DNA from: a virus | Lineage: Duplodnaviria; Caudoviricetes | IMG/VR virus record: IMGVR_UViG_3300017965_000073 | Coordinates: 1 to 24,586 of that record | Strand: one strand, 5' to 3' | DNA: 24,586 nt | Part shown: piece by piece, positions 1 to 6,955 of the stretch | How positions within the stretch are numbered: the stretch's first letter is position 1 | How the letters are laid out: every line of letters starts with the position of its first letter | Notes under the pieces: generated by a model | Seen by the model: the letters and a program-made list of their open reading frames with translations, nothing else | Told to the model about the DNA's origin: nothing | Database searches by the model: none | Position numbers and translations under genes: made by a program

Positions 1-2
1 AG

Positions 3-155
3 GCAGGAGTTGGATTGGCCAGGATCTCATCGGTAGAGAGTCTATTCAAGACTGAGCCGACTGATAACCGCTCCGCGCAGTCGTACATTAAGGGTTACAA
101 CGCGGCAATCAACGACGTACTGGTACTGCTAGAGATAGGGGTTGAAGATGCCTAA
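3..155 (+). CDS. Hypothetical protein, 5'-truncated by window edge (...SYIKGYNAAINDVLVLLEIGVEDA*)
   Basis: Frame open from base 3 to TAA 153-155; overlaps the next ATG at 148. Confidence 0.5.
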   Translation, partial: AGVGLARISSVESLFKTEPTDNRSAQSYIKGYNAAINDVLVLLEIGVEDA

Positions 156-405
156 GCCAGTCAAGACCCGGAAGCGGGACTCGATGACTACCGAGTACTA
201 CAACACGGAGGTGGAAGCACAGAGGCGCTCGGACGCCCTAAGTGCGTCCGGCCGGAAGCCCATCTCCTGGATCAACCACGAGAACCCGGCAGAGGGCGAT
301 ACCACCACTTCTCCGGTAAACCTCTATGCGGTCGAGTGGTACGAACCGCGAGGTGGCGATCCCGCACTGGCCCAGATCAAACCACTTCCGGACCTGGAAG
401 ACTAA
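148..405 (+). CDS. Hypothetical phage protein
   Basis: ORF 142..405; ATG 148 overlaps the end of the upstream ORF. Confidence 0.6.
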   Translation: MPKPVKTRKRDSMTTEYYNTEVEAQRRSDALSASGRKPISWINHENPAEGDTTTSPVNLYAVEWYEPRGGDPALAQIKPLPDLED

Positions 406-409
406 GCCC

Positions 410-625
410 ATGAAGATGGGGCTACGGTTACCCCATAACTGTCCTCATTGCGGAAGTCCTATCGAGGCCATCTTTATGAGGGATGTCTCCCGGACGGACG
501 CACAAACCTCAGTCGCCCTCCGTGACCCGATTTCGGGCCTCACTACCGAGTTTACTCCGGTACGTGGCTTCGAAGATCTGCCCAAGGTCTCAGCGGGGGC
601 CAAAGATTTCACCGAAGGTGCCTAA
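410..625 (+). CDS. Small hypothetical protein with CxxC (CPHC) motif
   Basis: ATG 410 just after the upstream stop, in the frame of ORF 326..625. Confidence 0.6.
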   Translation: MKMGLRLPHNCPHCGSPIEAIFMRDVSRTDAQTSVALRDPISGLTTEFTPVRGFEDLPKVSAGAKDFTEGA

Positions 626-634
626 TTTAAGGGC

Positions 635-664
635 TTGCCTTCCCATTGTGACCTGATATATAAT
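635..664 (+). promoter_or_regulatory. Sigma70-type promoter for the Y RNA array / Ro operon
   Basis: TTGCCT (635-640), 18-nt spacer, TATAAT (659-664); the first RNA stem begins at 673; the same GGGCTTGCCTTCC context recurs at 15959. Confidence 0.8.
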
Positions 665-672
665 AGACGGAG

Positions 673-783
673 TAGCAGTTGAGAGGCACGCCAGGGTGGT
701 GCGCAGATTGGGGTTACTTCCCCTCACCCGAGAAAACACCTCAGTCATCCCGGAACTCATCCTGACTGGCCTCTCAGCTGCTA
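673..783 (+). ncRNA. Y RNA-like module 1 (divergent, long terminal stem)
   Basis: 673-687 pairs with 769-783 (15 bp, one G-U); GGTGCGCAG at 698; TTACTTC at 714-720; GATTGGGGT/ACCTCAGTC stem; variant 3' motif CGGAACTC. Confidence 0.7.
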
Positions 784-795
784 ACCCGGAATACT

Positions 796-907
796 GGAAC
801 GGTGCGCAGGCAAGGGTTACTTCGTTGGTTTGAACAACAGGGAGGCTTGCCTCCCCGTTGGAGGGTTTCGACCACCCTCAGGACCTTAGCCGACTGGATC
901 TCGTTCC
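796..907 (+). ncRNA. Y RNA-like module 2 (three-hairpin payload)
   Basis: GGAACG/CGTTCC closing stem; GGTGCGCAG at 801; TTACTTC at 817; TGGATCTCG at 895; internal hairpins GGGAGG-CTTG-CCTCCC and GAGGG..CCCTC. Confidence 0.8.
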
Positions 908-923
908 TACAACTAAGGCGTAA

Positions 924-1054
924 TGAAAGCGGTGCGTAGGTAGGAGTTACTTCCCTTTGGAGGACGTGGTCACGGGTTCGAATCCCGTCCGGCTTGCCGG
1001 TAGCTCAGTGGTTAGAGCGCGTACGTTACTTCAACCGCCTGGATCTCGCTTTCA
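924..1054 (+). ncRNA. yrlA: YrlA-type Y RNA with circularly permuted tRNA-like domain (module 3)
   Basis: TGAAAGCG/CGCTTTCA stem; T arm ACGGG-TTCGAAT-CCCGT (972-988) precedes a loop-closed acceptor-like stem CCGG-CTTG-CCGG (989-1000) and D arm TAGCTC-AGTGGTTA-GAGC (1001-1018); upstream of a Ro gene. Confidence 0.88.
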
Positions 1055-1077
1055 CAACTCACTCAACTCGGGAAAAC

Positions 1078-1143
1078 TGAAGACGGTGCGTCAGTCGGGG
1101 TTACTTCGCTGAAAGGTCCTCGACGCCCTGGATCTCGTCTTCA
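1078..1143 (+). ncRNA. Minimal Y RNA-like module 4 (66 nt)
   Basis: TGAAGACG/CGTCTTCA stem; GGTGCG at 1085; GTCGGGG/CCTCGAC stem; TTACTTC at 1101; only a GAAA mini-hairpin as payload; TGGATCTCG at 1129. Confidence 0.8.
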
Positions 1144-1158
1144 CAACTAGACGCATAC

Positions 1159-1279
1159 GGGAGCGGTGCGTAGTTCGGAGTTACTTCGTCACCGACACCG
1201 AAAGGTGTTACCGCCGGCAGACAACCGGCACCTCGGTGAAAACCGGGTTTGGAACTTCGGACGATTGGATCTCGCTTCC
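1159..1279 (+). ncRNA. Y RNA-like module 5 (three-hairpin payload)
   Basis: GGGAGCG/CGCTTCC stem; GGTGCGTAG at 1165; TTACTTC at 1181; hairpins ACACC-GAAA-GGTGT, GCCGG..CCGGC and CTCGGT-GAAA-ACCGGG; TGGATCTCG at 1266. Confidence 0.8.
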
Positions 1280-1303
1280 TAAACCACTTGGGAGGGTGGT
1301 ACA

Positions 1304-3004
1304 ATGGCAAAGCTGGCAAGCCTGTCAGCAAAGGCGCCGACAGCCCCGGTTACTTCTCTGTCCGAGGTGCCGGACGCGCTGACCTATGAAGGGGGCGCCG
1401 GATTCTCGCGTGACGCGAAGTCCGAACTCTTCCTTCTCGCGGTTACCAACATGGTGTCCGAGAAGACCTTCTACGAGGACGCCGGAGCCCGAGATTCCCG
1501 ATTCCGCAACCTCGTTACGCAGGTTGCTCGGGAGAATCCGGACTGGCTCGCAGCGTTCATCCCGTATCTGCGGAACACGATGAACATGCGGTCGGCCTCG
1601 ATCGTGATGGCCGCAGAGGCCGTCAAGGCACGCCTCGATGCAGGCCAGACGAAGAACCGCGACATCATCTCGTCCGCGTTGGTTCGTGCAGACGAGCCGG
1701 CGGAGATGATCGGGTACTGGATCTCGCGGTGGGGCAAGAACATCCCGAAGCCGGTTCGTCGCGGTGTTGGTGACGCTGTCAAGCGCCTCTATACCGAGCG
1801 TAACTTCCTGAAGTACGGGGGTAACGACGGCATCCGGATGGCGGACGTTCTCGAGATCGTCCACCCGGACAATCGAGGCATCTGGCAGCGGGCACTCTAC
1901 GAGTTCATCCTGCAGGATCGCCACAACCGGGCAAACCTCCAGAAGCCGATCCGGAAGTCCGGAGACAAGCTGTCGCTGGTCGATCTCGACACGCAGCTTC
2001 CGATCCTTGCTGCCCGGAAGCGTCTGGAAGCAATTCCGGTAGCGGAGCGGCTCGCAATTCAGTTGGTCGGTGTCGACGGCGTAACGTGGGAGTGGGCGTC
2101 GTCATGGTACGGCCGCAAGCTGGACGCCGACTTCTGGACTGCATTGATTCCGCAGATGGGCTATATGGCCCTTCTTCGGAACCTGCGGAACTTCGATGAT
2201 GCGAAGGTCCCCGATGACATCGCTGGCCTCGTGGCGGCGAAGCTCACCGACCCGGAAGAGGTCGCGAAGTCGCGGCAGTTCCCGCTTCGGTTCGCCGCCG
2301 CCTTCGACCAGATCAACTCACTCCGGTGGGCGTACCCCCTTGAGCAGGCACTGCAGCTGACGTTGCAGAACGTGCCTGCCTTGTCGGGTAAGACACTGAT
2401 CCTGGTGGACAACTCAACGTCGATGGATGGGACGTTGTCCGGCCGGTCGAAGATGCGCATGCGCGATGCCGCAGCCCTCTTCGGGGCTGCATTGGCATTG
2501 CGTGCCGAAGAGGCTACCCTGGTAGCATACGCAAACGAGGGGATCCAGATCCCGGTTCGTAGCGCCCAGGCGGTGCAGCTGCTCCGCAAGGCGGTCTCCA
2601 GCGCGACCAGCGGTGGAACAGAGACCATGCAAGTCCTGATGCGGTGGTACCACAGCCACGATCGGGTTATTATCCTCACGGACGAGCAGGCCTTCAACGT
2701 GTCCGGCACGACGTACACCGGTGCGTGGGGTGGATATCGCATCGGCGAGATCCGCGAGGTACCGGATCAGGTGTCCGGTATCACGGCTCCGATCTACACG
2801 TTCAACCTTGCCGGGTACGCGAAGGGGCATCTCCCGTCCGGATCCGCCAACCGTTACACCTTCGGTGGGCTTACCGACGCAGGTTTCACTGCGATCGACA
2901 TGCTCGAGAAGGGGCGGGACGTCAACTGGGCGTTTCTTAAGTCGTCCACCCCGGTGACGACGGAATTCGAAGCCTCGACTGAAGTCGACATCCAGGAGGA
3001 GTAG
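1304..3004 (+). CDS. rsr: Ro60/Rsr TROVE-domain RNA-binding protein with C-terminal vWA domain
   Basis: 566 aa; TROVE motifs (TYEGGAGF, KTFYE, MGYMALLRNLRNF, SRQFPLRF); vWA MIDAS DNSTS...GGT...LTDEQ; SD GGAGG upstream. Confidence 0.95.
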   Translation: MAKLASLSAKAPTAPVTSLSEVPDALTYEGGAGFSRDAKSELFLLAVTNMVSEKTFYEDAGARDSRFRNLVTQVARENPDWLAAFIPYLRNTMNMRSASIVMAAEAVKARLDAGQTKNRDIISSALVRADEPAEMIGYWISRWGKNIPKPVRRGVGDAVKRLYTERNFLKYGGNDGIRMADVLEIVHPDNRGIWQRALYEFILQDRHNRANLQKPIRKSGDKLSLVDLDTQLPILAARKRLEAIPVAERLAIQLVGVDGVTWEWASSWYGRKLDADFWTALIPQMGYMALLRNLRNFDDAKVPDDIAGLVAAKLTDPEEVAKSRQFPLRFAAAFDQINSLRWAYPLEQALQLTLQNVPALSGKTLILVDNSTSMDGTLSGRSKMRMRDAAALFGAALALRAEEATLVAYANEGIQIPVRSAQAVQLLRKAVSSATSGGTETMQVLMRWYHSHDRVIILTDEQAFNVSGTTYTGAWGGYRIGEIREVPDQVSGITAPIYTFNLAGYAKGHLPSGSANRYTFGGLTDAGFTAIDMLEKGRDVNWAFLKSSTPVTTEFEASTEVDIQEE

Positions 3005-3143
3005 TTGTTCGCTGGTCCGGCCACCATTGCGGGAACCCGCCGGAGTAATCGTTGGCGATCGGTAGGTACAAGAATTGCGTCTCGAGTGTGTGCCACACGA
3101 AAGCGCATGAGTACCTAGGGCATTCGCAGGCCAGCAACACTAC
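3001..3143 (+). ncRNA. Putative structured intergenic RNA element of unknown family
   Basis: GTAG/CTAC, TGTT/AACA and GCTGGTC/GGCCAGC close the whole gap; nested TAGGTAC(3063)/GTACCTA(3111) stem and GCGG-GAAC-CCGC hairpin. Confidence 0.45.
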
Positions 3144-3160
3144 CAACGAAGGGAGCATGA

Positions 3161-4363
3161 GTGCCAGGCGAACTCTTCGATAGACCGGCGACCGCCGTTG
3201 AGGACAAAGGGGATCACGTGGTCCTCGAAGTCCACAACGGCGATCGTGTCACCTATCGAAGGTGCCGACGTAAGTTCATGTTCCAGTCGCGCCTACGTGA
3301 GAACCTCATTGCGATCTCAACCCCGCGGGGCCCGTTGTGGCTCGGGTCGGGGTTTCACTTTGCACTGGAGGACTTCCACGGACATAACAGATTCGGGGAC
3401 CCGCGTCGGGCTTTCGATGCCTACGTGGAGGCCCATCCTCCGGAGGAACTTCCCGAAGACGTAGACAAGTTGGTCGTTTTGGGCAACGGCATGCTTGAGT
3501 ACTACGTGGACTTGTGGCTTCCCCGACGCCAAGCGACTATGCCGCAGACGCTTTGGGTGAACGGGGAGCCACAGGTCGAAGTTCACGTCCAGATTCCCGT
3601 TACCGAACTCATCCAGCCCTGGCTTCTGGACATCCTTCAGGAGAAGCACGGTAAGCGGGTCGAAGTCGTCATCTTCCAGACCTTCGACAAGATCGAGATC
3701 GACCAGGAAGGGCGGATCTGGGGCGTCGACTACAAGACCGCAAAGCAGATGACCCCCGTCAACGATCTGCAGCGGCTTCCGCAGGGCAAGCAGTACTACT
3801 GGGGCGGGCGCTGGTTCTACGGGGATGCGTTCGAAGGGATGACGTGGCAACAACACCTGAAGTCAGTTCCTGAACCCCCTGAACTCCTGAAGTCCGGAGA
3901 CTTCTCAGTCAACAAGTCCCAACACACCACATACTCAATGTACCGAAAGGCCCTGATAGACCAGTTCGGTAAGGTCCCGAAGGGTTACGTCGAGATCCTG
4001 AACATCCTTGCGTCCCGAGAGAACGATGAGGGCGATAGGTACATCAGGCGCGATACGCTTCGGTGGAGTCCGATGCAGGGGTTTTCGGAAGAGGAAGCCC
4101 TTACAGCCGAGCTGCATGAGATGCTCGACCCGAATCTTCCGATCTACCCGAACCCCACAAGGGACTGTAACTGGGATTGCCCATTCTCCCCGATCTCACA
4201 GGCGATGGACGACGGGTCAGACTTCGATTACCTGCTCGAGACCGAGTTCATGCGGTACCAAGGTTACCGAGATGACTGGCGAGCCGCAATTGCATGGCCC
4301 GCAGGAACCGAACCTTCGTTGTCCCCAACCTCGGTTTCGTCTGCCCATGGAGTGCCCGCGTAA
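3161..4363 (+). CDS. Cas4/RecB-like PD-(D/E)xK exonuclease
   Basis: N-terminal RRCRRKF, GSGFHFALE helix, catalytic FD...VDYKT, Q..QYY, C-terminal CNWDCPF. Confidence 0.85.
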   Translation: MPGELFDRPATAVEDKGDHVVLEVHNGDRVTYRRCRRKFMFQSRLRENLIAISTPRGPLWLGSGFHFALEDFHGHNRFGDPRRAFDAYVEAHPPEELPEDVDKLVVLGNGMLEYYVDLWLPRRQATMPQTLWVNGEPQVEVHVQIPVTELIQPWLLDILQEKHGKRVEVVIFQTFDKIEIDQEGRIWGVDYKTAKQMTPVNDLQRLPQGKQYYWGGRWFYGDAFEGMTWQQHLKSVPEPPELLKSGDFSVNKSQHTTYSMYRKALIDQFGKVPKGYVEILNILASRENDEGDRYIRRDTLRWSPMQGFSEEEALTAELHEMLDPNLPIYPNPTRDCNWDCPFSPISQAMDDGSDFDYLLETEFMRYQGYRDDWRAAIAWPAGTEPSLSPTSVSSAHGVPA

Positions 4364-4755
4364 TGGGTCTTTCGCCCTACTCGTTTGAGGCCCACGAAGG
4401 GGTTAGTGGGGCCACCGATATCGGCATTGGCGTCGTTCACGGTATGCTCCATGCAGTCACGGGTTCTCTGTGGGTGCAGATCCAACGCGAACGCCGCGAC
4501 GGTCCGAAGTGGTGTGAAGCCCTCCGTGGCGGCAGGCTTCGGACACCTCCTGTACGACTTATCCCCGACGACTTCTGCCACGTCTGCTTCCATCCCGGTC
4601 ACTCAGAAGGTCCCTGTGCGGCAGAGGCAACGGAATACCGCGATCCCGCTATGGGGGGTAATCCGGATGGCCCTATCGTGCGGTGCGGCTGCATCGAATA
4701 CGTTGACCGCGAGGCGCGGAATAACATCCCGGTGGTGCTGACGAATGTCCCTTGA
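4363..4755 (+). CDS. Hypothetical protein with Cys/His cluster (CHVCFHPGH...C...CGC)
   Basis: ATG 4363 overlaps the TAA of the exonuclease (TAATG); in frame with ORF 4294..4755. Confidence 0.65.
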   Translation: MGLSPYSFEAHEGVSGATDIGIGVVHGMLHAVTGSLWVQIQRERRDGPKWCEALRGGRLRTPPVRLIPDDFCHVCFHPGHSEGPCAAEATEYRDPAMGGNPDGPIVRCGCIEYVDREARNNIPVVLTNVP

Positions 4756-5248
4756 GTCTCGCTTTTGGTCTAAGGTAGATATGAACGGCCCCATGGTCTC
4801 CGAGGAGCTCGGAAACTGTTGGGTTTGGAAGGGATCTCGTACCAGAAACGGGTACGGTCAGATCTTCGTCCGGCGAAACCCTGCAACAGGGAAACGCCTC
4901 GTTCGTGGTGCACACATCATCGCCATGGAGCTCGACGGTCAGTACGTCGAGAAGGGGATGGAGCCGGATCACATGTGCCGGAATCGGCTCTGTGTCCGGG
5001 TATCCCATCTCGAGCTCATTACCCACAAGGAAAACGCCCAACGGCGGACTCCGCCGAAGTGTAAGCGCGGTCATCCCTACGAGGGGAACTACGTGCTAAA
5101 CGGAGGTGGGAATAGAACCTGTAAGACCTGTAAGTACGAGCGGGAGCAGCGGCTCATCAAGAAGGCCGCAGCTCGCATCCGCCACGATCGCGCACTGCGG
5201 GCAGCCCTAGCGGCACCGACTCCGCAGGCGACAGGAGTACTGCACTAA
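4745..5248 (+). CDS. HNH homing endonuclease (HNH_3-like)
   Basis: RFWSKV...CWVWKG...GYG, AH, DHMCRNRLCV..HLE..THKEN, followed by a CKRGH...CKTC zinc finger. Confidence 0.9.
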   Translation: MSLESRFWSKVDMNGPMVSEELGNCWVWKGSRTRNGYGQIFVRRNPATGKRLVRGAHIIAMELDGQYVEKGMEPDHMCRNRLCVRVSHLELITHKENAQRRTPPKCKRGHPYEGNYVLNGGGNRTCKTCKYEREQRLIKKAAARIRHDRALRAALAAPTPQATGVLH

Positions 5249-6379
5249 ATGACCTTTCCAAGGCCGACGGCGTCTACGCCAGCGCCTTCGCGTGTCACAC
5301 AACCCGGTGTGGCTGCTACGGCAGCCAGCACAGCGGCACCCTCACCGATCTTCCGCATCACCCACCCAGCAATCGGCGGTACGGGACAGTACCTGAATCT
5401 CCTCGTCTACGGCGAGTACGGTTCGGGTAAGACAGTCCTCGCCGGTACAGCCGACGACGTGCCCGAGATGAAGAACGTCCTCTACATCGATGCGGAGGCG
5501 GGTAAGACTGCCCTCACCGATCGTCCGAACCTGGACGTCGTGACCATCAACACGTTCAAGCAGCTGGCACGGGTCTACGAGTTCCTCCGCCTTCACTGTC
5601 GCCTGCGCGACGACGGCTCTCCTGAGGCCCTGAGGCGGATGGCCGAGATCGAGATGCAGCTGAAGGGGCTTGAAGCCCCGCCCGAGAAGCCGACCATCTA
5701 CAGGACGGTCGTTGTCGACTCGTTGACCGAAGTTCAGACGTATCTCATGTACCAGCTGATGGGCGTCGACCCGAACAAGGTCGCCCTGGATGCCGAACTC
5801 ACAAGCCCTGAATGGGGCGAGTGGCGGCAGTCCAGCGACACCATTCAGCTACTCGCCCGTCAGTTCCGAGACCTTCCGATGAACGTCATCATGGTCCTAT
5901 CGGAGCAGGAAGTTCAGGAGTCCGGCACCCGCATGGTGCGCAGGATCAACCTTCCGGGCAAGCTCGCATCCAGGATCCAAGGATTCTGGGACATGGTCGG
6001 TTATCTCCAGAAGGCCGTCATTCCAGGCGACCAGGGGACAACAGTTACGAGGTGGCGCCTATACCTTACGAAGGGGCAGAACTTCCAGGCGAAGCACCGC
6101 TTCCGCCGAATCGACGTTGACTTCGTCGAAGATCCGACTATCGGTAAGCTGCTTGGACTGGCCAAGCAGGAATGGGCGGCCGAAACCGCCGAAAGGACAT
6201 CTAACACCAATGCCTCAGCCTCCCCAGCAACTCCGCCGCAACCCAGCCCAGCGACCGCAGCCGCCCCAGCAGCAGTTCCAGGCCGCGCCGCCGCAGCAGG
6301 CAGCGCAGGACCAGGATCCGGACGAGCAGTCGTTCGGCCAGGAGCAGTACGCACAGGACGACCAATCGGGCGAGGATGA
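5249..6379 (+). CDS. Phage AAA-family ATPase (AAA_24/Sak4-like)
   Basis: Walker A YGEYGSGKT, IDAEAG, Walker B VVVDSLT; lies between the exonuclease and DUF669 as in phage recombination modules. Confidence 0.85.
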   Translation: MTFPRPTASTPAPSRVTQPGVAATAASTAAPSPIFRITHPAIGGTGQYLNLLVYGEYGSGKTVLAGTADDVPEMKNVLYIDAEAGKTALTDRPNLDVVTINTFKQLARVYEFLRLHCRLRDDGSPEALRRMAEIEMQLKGLEAPPEKPTIYRTVVVDSLTEVQTYLMYQLMGVDPNKVALDAELTSPEWGEWRQSSDTIQLLARQFRDLPMNVIMVLSEQEVQESGTRMVRRINLPGKLASRIQGFWDMVGYLQKAVIPGDQGTTVTRWRLYLTKGQNFQAKHRFRRIDVDFVEDPTIGKLLGLAKQEWAAETAERTSNTNASASPATPPQPSPATAAAPAAVPGRAAAAGSAGPGSGRAVVRPGAVRTGRPIGRG

Positions 6380-6821
6380 GCTGCCGGACGTCTTCAATCT
6401 CGCAGACGTCCCGGATCAGCCCGCCTTCGAGGCCATCCCGGCAGGGCGCTACAACGCGACCATCGACAGCGTCGAGTACGGCCGTTCGCAGTCGTCCGGC
6501 GACCCGATGCTCACGTTCTTCCTCCGTGTCCACGTCGAGGGGCAGGAGGGGACGCGTGACGTTCCGATGCGTCTGTACAACTCCTTCGGGGAGCGGTCGA
6601 TCAGTCGGACGAAGCGGCAGCTCGAGCAGCTCCTTCCCGGCCACGACTTCTCGAACTTCCAGCCGAACGAGGCAGATGGTCTGCTCGCTGGCGTCGAGGT
6701 GATCGCCCAGGTCCGGGTCCGGAGCAACCCGCCCAACCACCAGTACCCCGGGAAGCAGAACAACATCCAGGCTCTGAGCCTGCCGGCAGCCGGCGAAGGC
6801 CGGGACGGCTTCCTCAGCTAG
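6210..6821 (+). CDS. DUF669-like single-stranded DNA-binding protein with Gln-rich N-terminus
   Basis: FEAIPAGRYNATIDSVEYGRSQSSGDPML motif; SD GAAAGGA at 6191 before ATG 6210; overlaps the ATPase by 170 nt. Confidence 0.75.
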   Translation: MPQPPQQLRRNPAQRPQPPQQQFQAAPPQQAAQDQDPDEQSFGQEQYAQDDQSGEDELPDVFNLADVPDQPAFEAIPAGRYNATIDSVEYGRSQSSGDPMLTFFLRVHVEGQEGTRDVPMRLYNSFGERSISRTKRQLEQLLPGHDFSNFQPNEADGLLAGVEVIAQVRVRSNPPNHQYPGKQNNIQALSLPAAGEGRDGFLS

Positions 6822-6830
6822 TACCAGCAC

Positions 6831-6941
6831 GGGAGCGTAGCTCAGAGTAGAGCATCAACCGCAACGGCATCGGATGAGGTACCTCTAAGATGCCGCCGGA
6901 GACTGTTGAAGGTCGAGTGTTAACGCCACTCCGCTCCCGCC
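6831..6941 (+). ncRNA. tRNA-like RNA with a 45-nt insertion replacing the anticodon loop and degenerate D/T loops
   Basis: GGGAGCG/CGCTCCC acceptor stem, TA, GCTC/GAGC D stem, TCAAC/GTTGA anticodon stem, AGGTC variable loop, GAGTG/CACTC T stem; T loop TTAACGC, no D-loop GG, no encoded CCA. Confidence 0.75.
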
Positions 6942-6955
6942 TTACCACACAAACG

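Noticed and set aside
960-1022. Ordinary tRNA gene
   Set aside because: The T arm precedes the D arm, the acceptor stem is closed by a loop, and there is no anticodon or CCA
673-1279. CRISPR array (repeats near a Cas4-like gene)
   Set aside because: The repeats are split motifs that pair around structured inserts of very unequal length, not identical direct repeats with uniform spacers; no cas1/cas2 or effector genes; the adjacent Ro gene explains them
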